Below, one piece after another: positions 61,373 through 64,000 of a DNA stretch of 64,000 nt. Below the pieces are notes generated by a model that worked only from the letters and a program-made list of their open reading frames with translations, was not told where the DNA came from and did not search any database. The position numbers and the translations under genes were made by a program. The stretch is from Eledone cirrhosa (Eukaryota), in assembly GCA_964016885.1 (NCBI GenBank), contig OZ024740.1, positions 353,152,001 to 353,216,000 on the forward strand. The letters run 5' to 3'. Positions within the stretch are counted from its first letter, which is position 1. The number at the start of each line of letters is the position of its first letter.

Positions 61373-61599
61373 CTTTTTCTTAGTTTATTTAGAATTTAAA
61401 ATGTTTCTCCTGGTGGCTAATGACGCAACACGAAAACGATTATTTTAAGTATGAGGACAATTTAAAGTTAAAAATAAATAGATAAATAAATAAATAGTCA
61501 ATACTCTCTGAATACACATGCATTCCTCTACCTATCTTCCCCTCTCTCTTGCAATGTTTTACTATGTCTGTGGTTGGATATATAGGCACCACTGACATG

Positions 61600-61715
61600 A
61601 CTGTTATGGAGTACGATTTACAAGCACATGGTTTTGGGTTCAATCCCGATCTGCGACACCTTGGGAAAGTATCTTCTACTATAGCTCCGGGATGACCAAA
61701 GCCTTATGAGGGGAA
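61600..61715 (+). mobile_element. tRNA-derived SINE fragment
   Basis: B-box-like GGTTCAATCC at ~61637, followed by CACCTTGGGAAAGTATCTTCTACTATAGC..GACCAAAGCCTTATGAG. Confidence 0.65.
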
Positions 61716-61734
61716 CAACAAAGTCCGCCATATG

Positions 61735-61775
<41 letters not shown>

Positions 61776-61782
<7 letters not shown>

Positions 61783-61954
61783 TAACAGATTAAAGTTTAA
61801 GCAAAGAATCCCGTTCAGGTTGAAAGCAGTGATTCTTTGCTTAAACTTTAATCTGTTATTTTAATAAATATTTGCTCTAAGGTTCTTATATATTTGATAT
61901 ATATTTATCCTTATCGAGCCCTCTTTGGATTTTAGTCTTCGCATTTATTATTAT

Positions 61955-61957
<3 letters not shown>
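61776..61957. mobile_element. Small fold-back (35-bp arms) plus ~90-bp tail between (TA)n tracts
   Basis: 61776-61810 and 61831-61865 are inverted copies. Same family as 4647-4830. Confidence 0.8.
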
Positions 61958-62029
<72 letters not shown>

Positions 62030-62053
62030 TATTACTATATATATATATATATA

Positions 62054-62612
<559 letters not shown>

Positions 62613-62677
62613 CAACTACTTATCGCTCTACACGACTGAATAAAATAAAAGTAATCTAAGTTTTTCGAATATTAATA

Positions 62678-62758
62678 ATTGTTTCTACTTTAGGCACAAG
62701 GCCACCAATTACTCAGTGCATTACTGGTACTTTATTTTATCGACCCCGTAAGGATGAA
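62678..62758 (+). mobile_element. SINE-like 3' fragment; same sequence as the core of the 18.6-kb palindrome
   Basis: AATTGTTTCTACTTTAGGCACAAGGCCA.CAATTAC.CAGTGCATTACTGGTAC is shared with 18648-18698. Confidence 0.7.
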
Positions 62759-63758
62759 TAATATTAATAATAATATTCGATTTGTTTGCAATTATGCAAA
62801 CCGCCTCTTTTAAGCCATGTCAGTAGAATGAGCCCCTCATTCTTGCTCTTGTGTTGGCAGATTTTACGTGCAAAACCAACCGGCAGAAGACCCAGAGTTA
62901 GACCCCCGAGAAAGATGGTTGCATAACATCCAAGAGCTTGGCTGGTCTCACTTGGTGATCCAGCCAGATCAGTTGGAGACGGTTGCTTCTGACAGGACCC
63001 GCTGGGAGGAGGGTTTGAGAACTCAGCCCCCACAATCCTCTCAGGAATAAGTGGGCGAAGAAGAAAAAGAGAATAAGAAGAATAGAGATGACTACTGTTT
63101 CTGCTGGCTTTGTTGGGGTCAATTATATGGGGTAAATACAAAAAAAAAACATTTTGATGTTAATGGAATTCCTAGTCATTGAAGTCTTGCACATATCAGA
63201 CTCTCTCATGACGAAGACAATGACAAAATCTTAAAGGACAAAGCAACTGAAAGAAGCTATACGTCTAGAAACAACAAGAACAATTATATGGATATTTGAT
63301 AGACTAGCTCGATTGTGGCATCAACGAAATGGTGGCAGAGAACAATTTCGAACAACATGTGCACGAGGTAGAAAGAACCATCAGTATCAGATACTGCTAT
63401 ATGTAAATATCAAAAAGACAAAAGTTATAGTGTAAGAGAAACTGCAATTGAAGCTGATACTTACGTAGAAAACTTCAAAATAATGCAAATGACTTCTATT
63501 ACGTATCTTGGTGAAGAACTAAATGTCACAAACGAACACAAAGGAAATAAGGCAAATGCTAGTAATGACATGAACTACCAATACCTCAAACATCTGGAAA
63601 TATCTATCTATCTAAGAGCACCATCACCAAGTGACGATATTTATTTATAAGTCGACTTCCACTAGTTTATTTTGGCAGTCAAAAAGGATGTTTTAATGCA
63701 GCCAGCCTGCTAGAAATGGCAGCCAAAGAATAACACATTGGAGAATATGGTCCTATAT

Positions 63759-64000
63759 CAGTGGTTCTTAACCTTTTTTCTGTCGCGGTACACCTCGAGG
63801 TTTTGAAATTCCATTCCACACCCCTTTGGCCTAGTACATAAGACAAAAGAGCTTGCATTTTCAAGTCAAATTATCAGTTACTTAGCTGCTACTATTTACT
63901 TAATTAACTACTATGATTAATAAATACAATATTTTTTTAAATAACAGAAAATATCCAATCAAATATTTTAATCTTTAATGTGACTTCTGTTGTTGCCCCC
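63759..64000 (+). mobile_element. Start of a hAT-type non-autonomous element
   Basis: CAGTGGTTCTTAACCTTTT is a typical hAT/Charlie TIR start. The other end lies outside the window or is lost. Confidence 0.5.

Noticed and set aside
63130-63640. Possible old LINE RT remnant (YYVSW/TYLGE-like region near 63500)
   Set aside because: Too degraded to support by eye.

Overview
AT-rich, repeat-dominated animal DNA with no host gene that I can support. The SINE fragments resemble ones I recall from octopus genomes, which is an unverified inference. Bases 1-29.4 kb and 60.8-64 kb are a patchwork of decayed transposons among (TA)n, (CA)n, (ATT)n and (CT)n microsatellites: a hAT transposase, a mariner, RTE-type LINEs, a Tx1/L1-like 3' end, SINEs and MITEs. 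Bases ~29,467-60,773 are one 31.3-kb array of a 16-bp monomer, TCTTTATCTCTG(T/C)CTG, with nested higher-order periods of 480, 1,324, ~6,644 and 13,284 bp. The three ~10,000-aa ORFs are artefacts of this array. The most interesting signal is a set of Penelope-like (PLE) retroelement pieces from several unrelated families that sit at microsatellites, mostly (TA)n, largely as fold-back structures carrying hammerhead-ribozyme motifs. One motif folds as a complete type I hammerhead with a U3-A8 core variant. All alignments and folds were done by eye.
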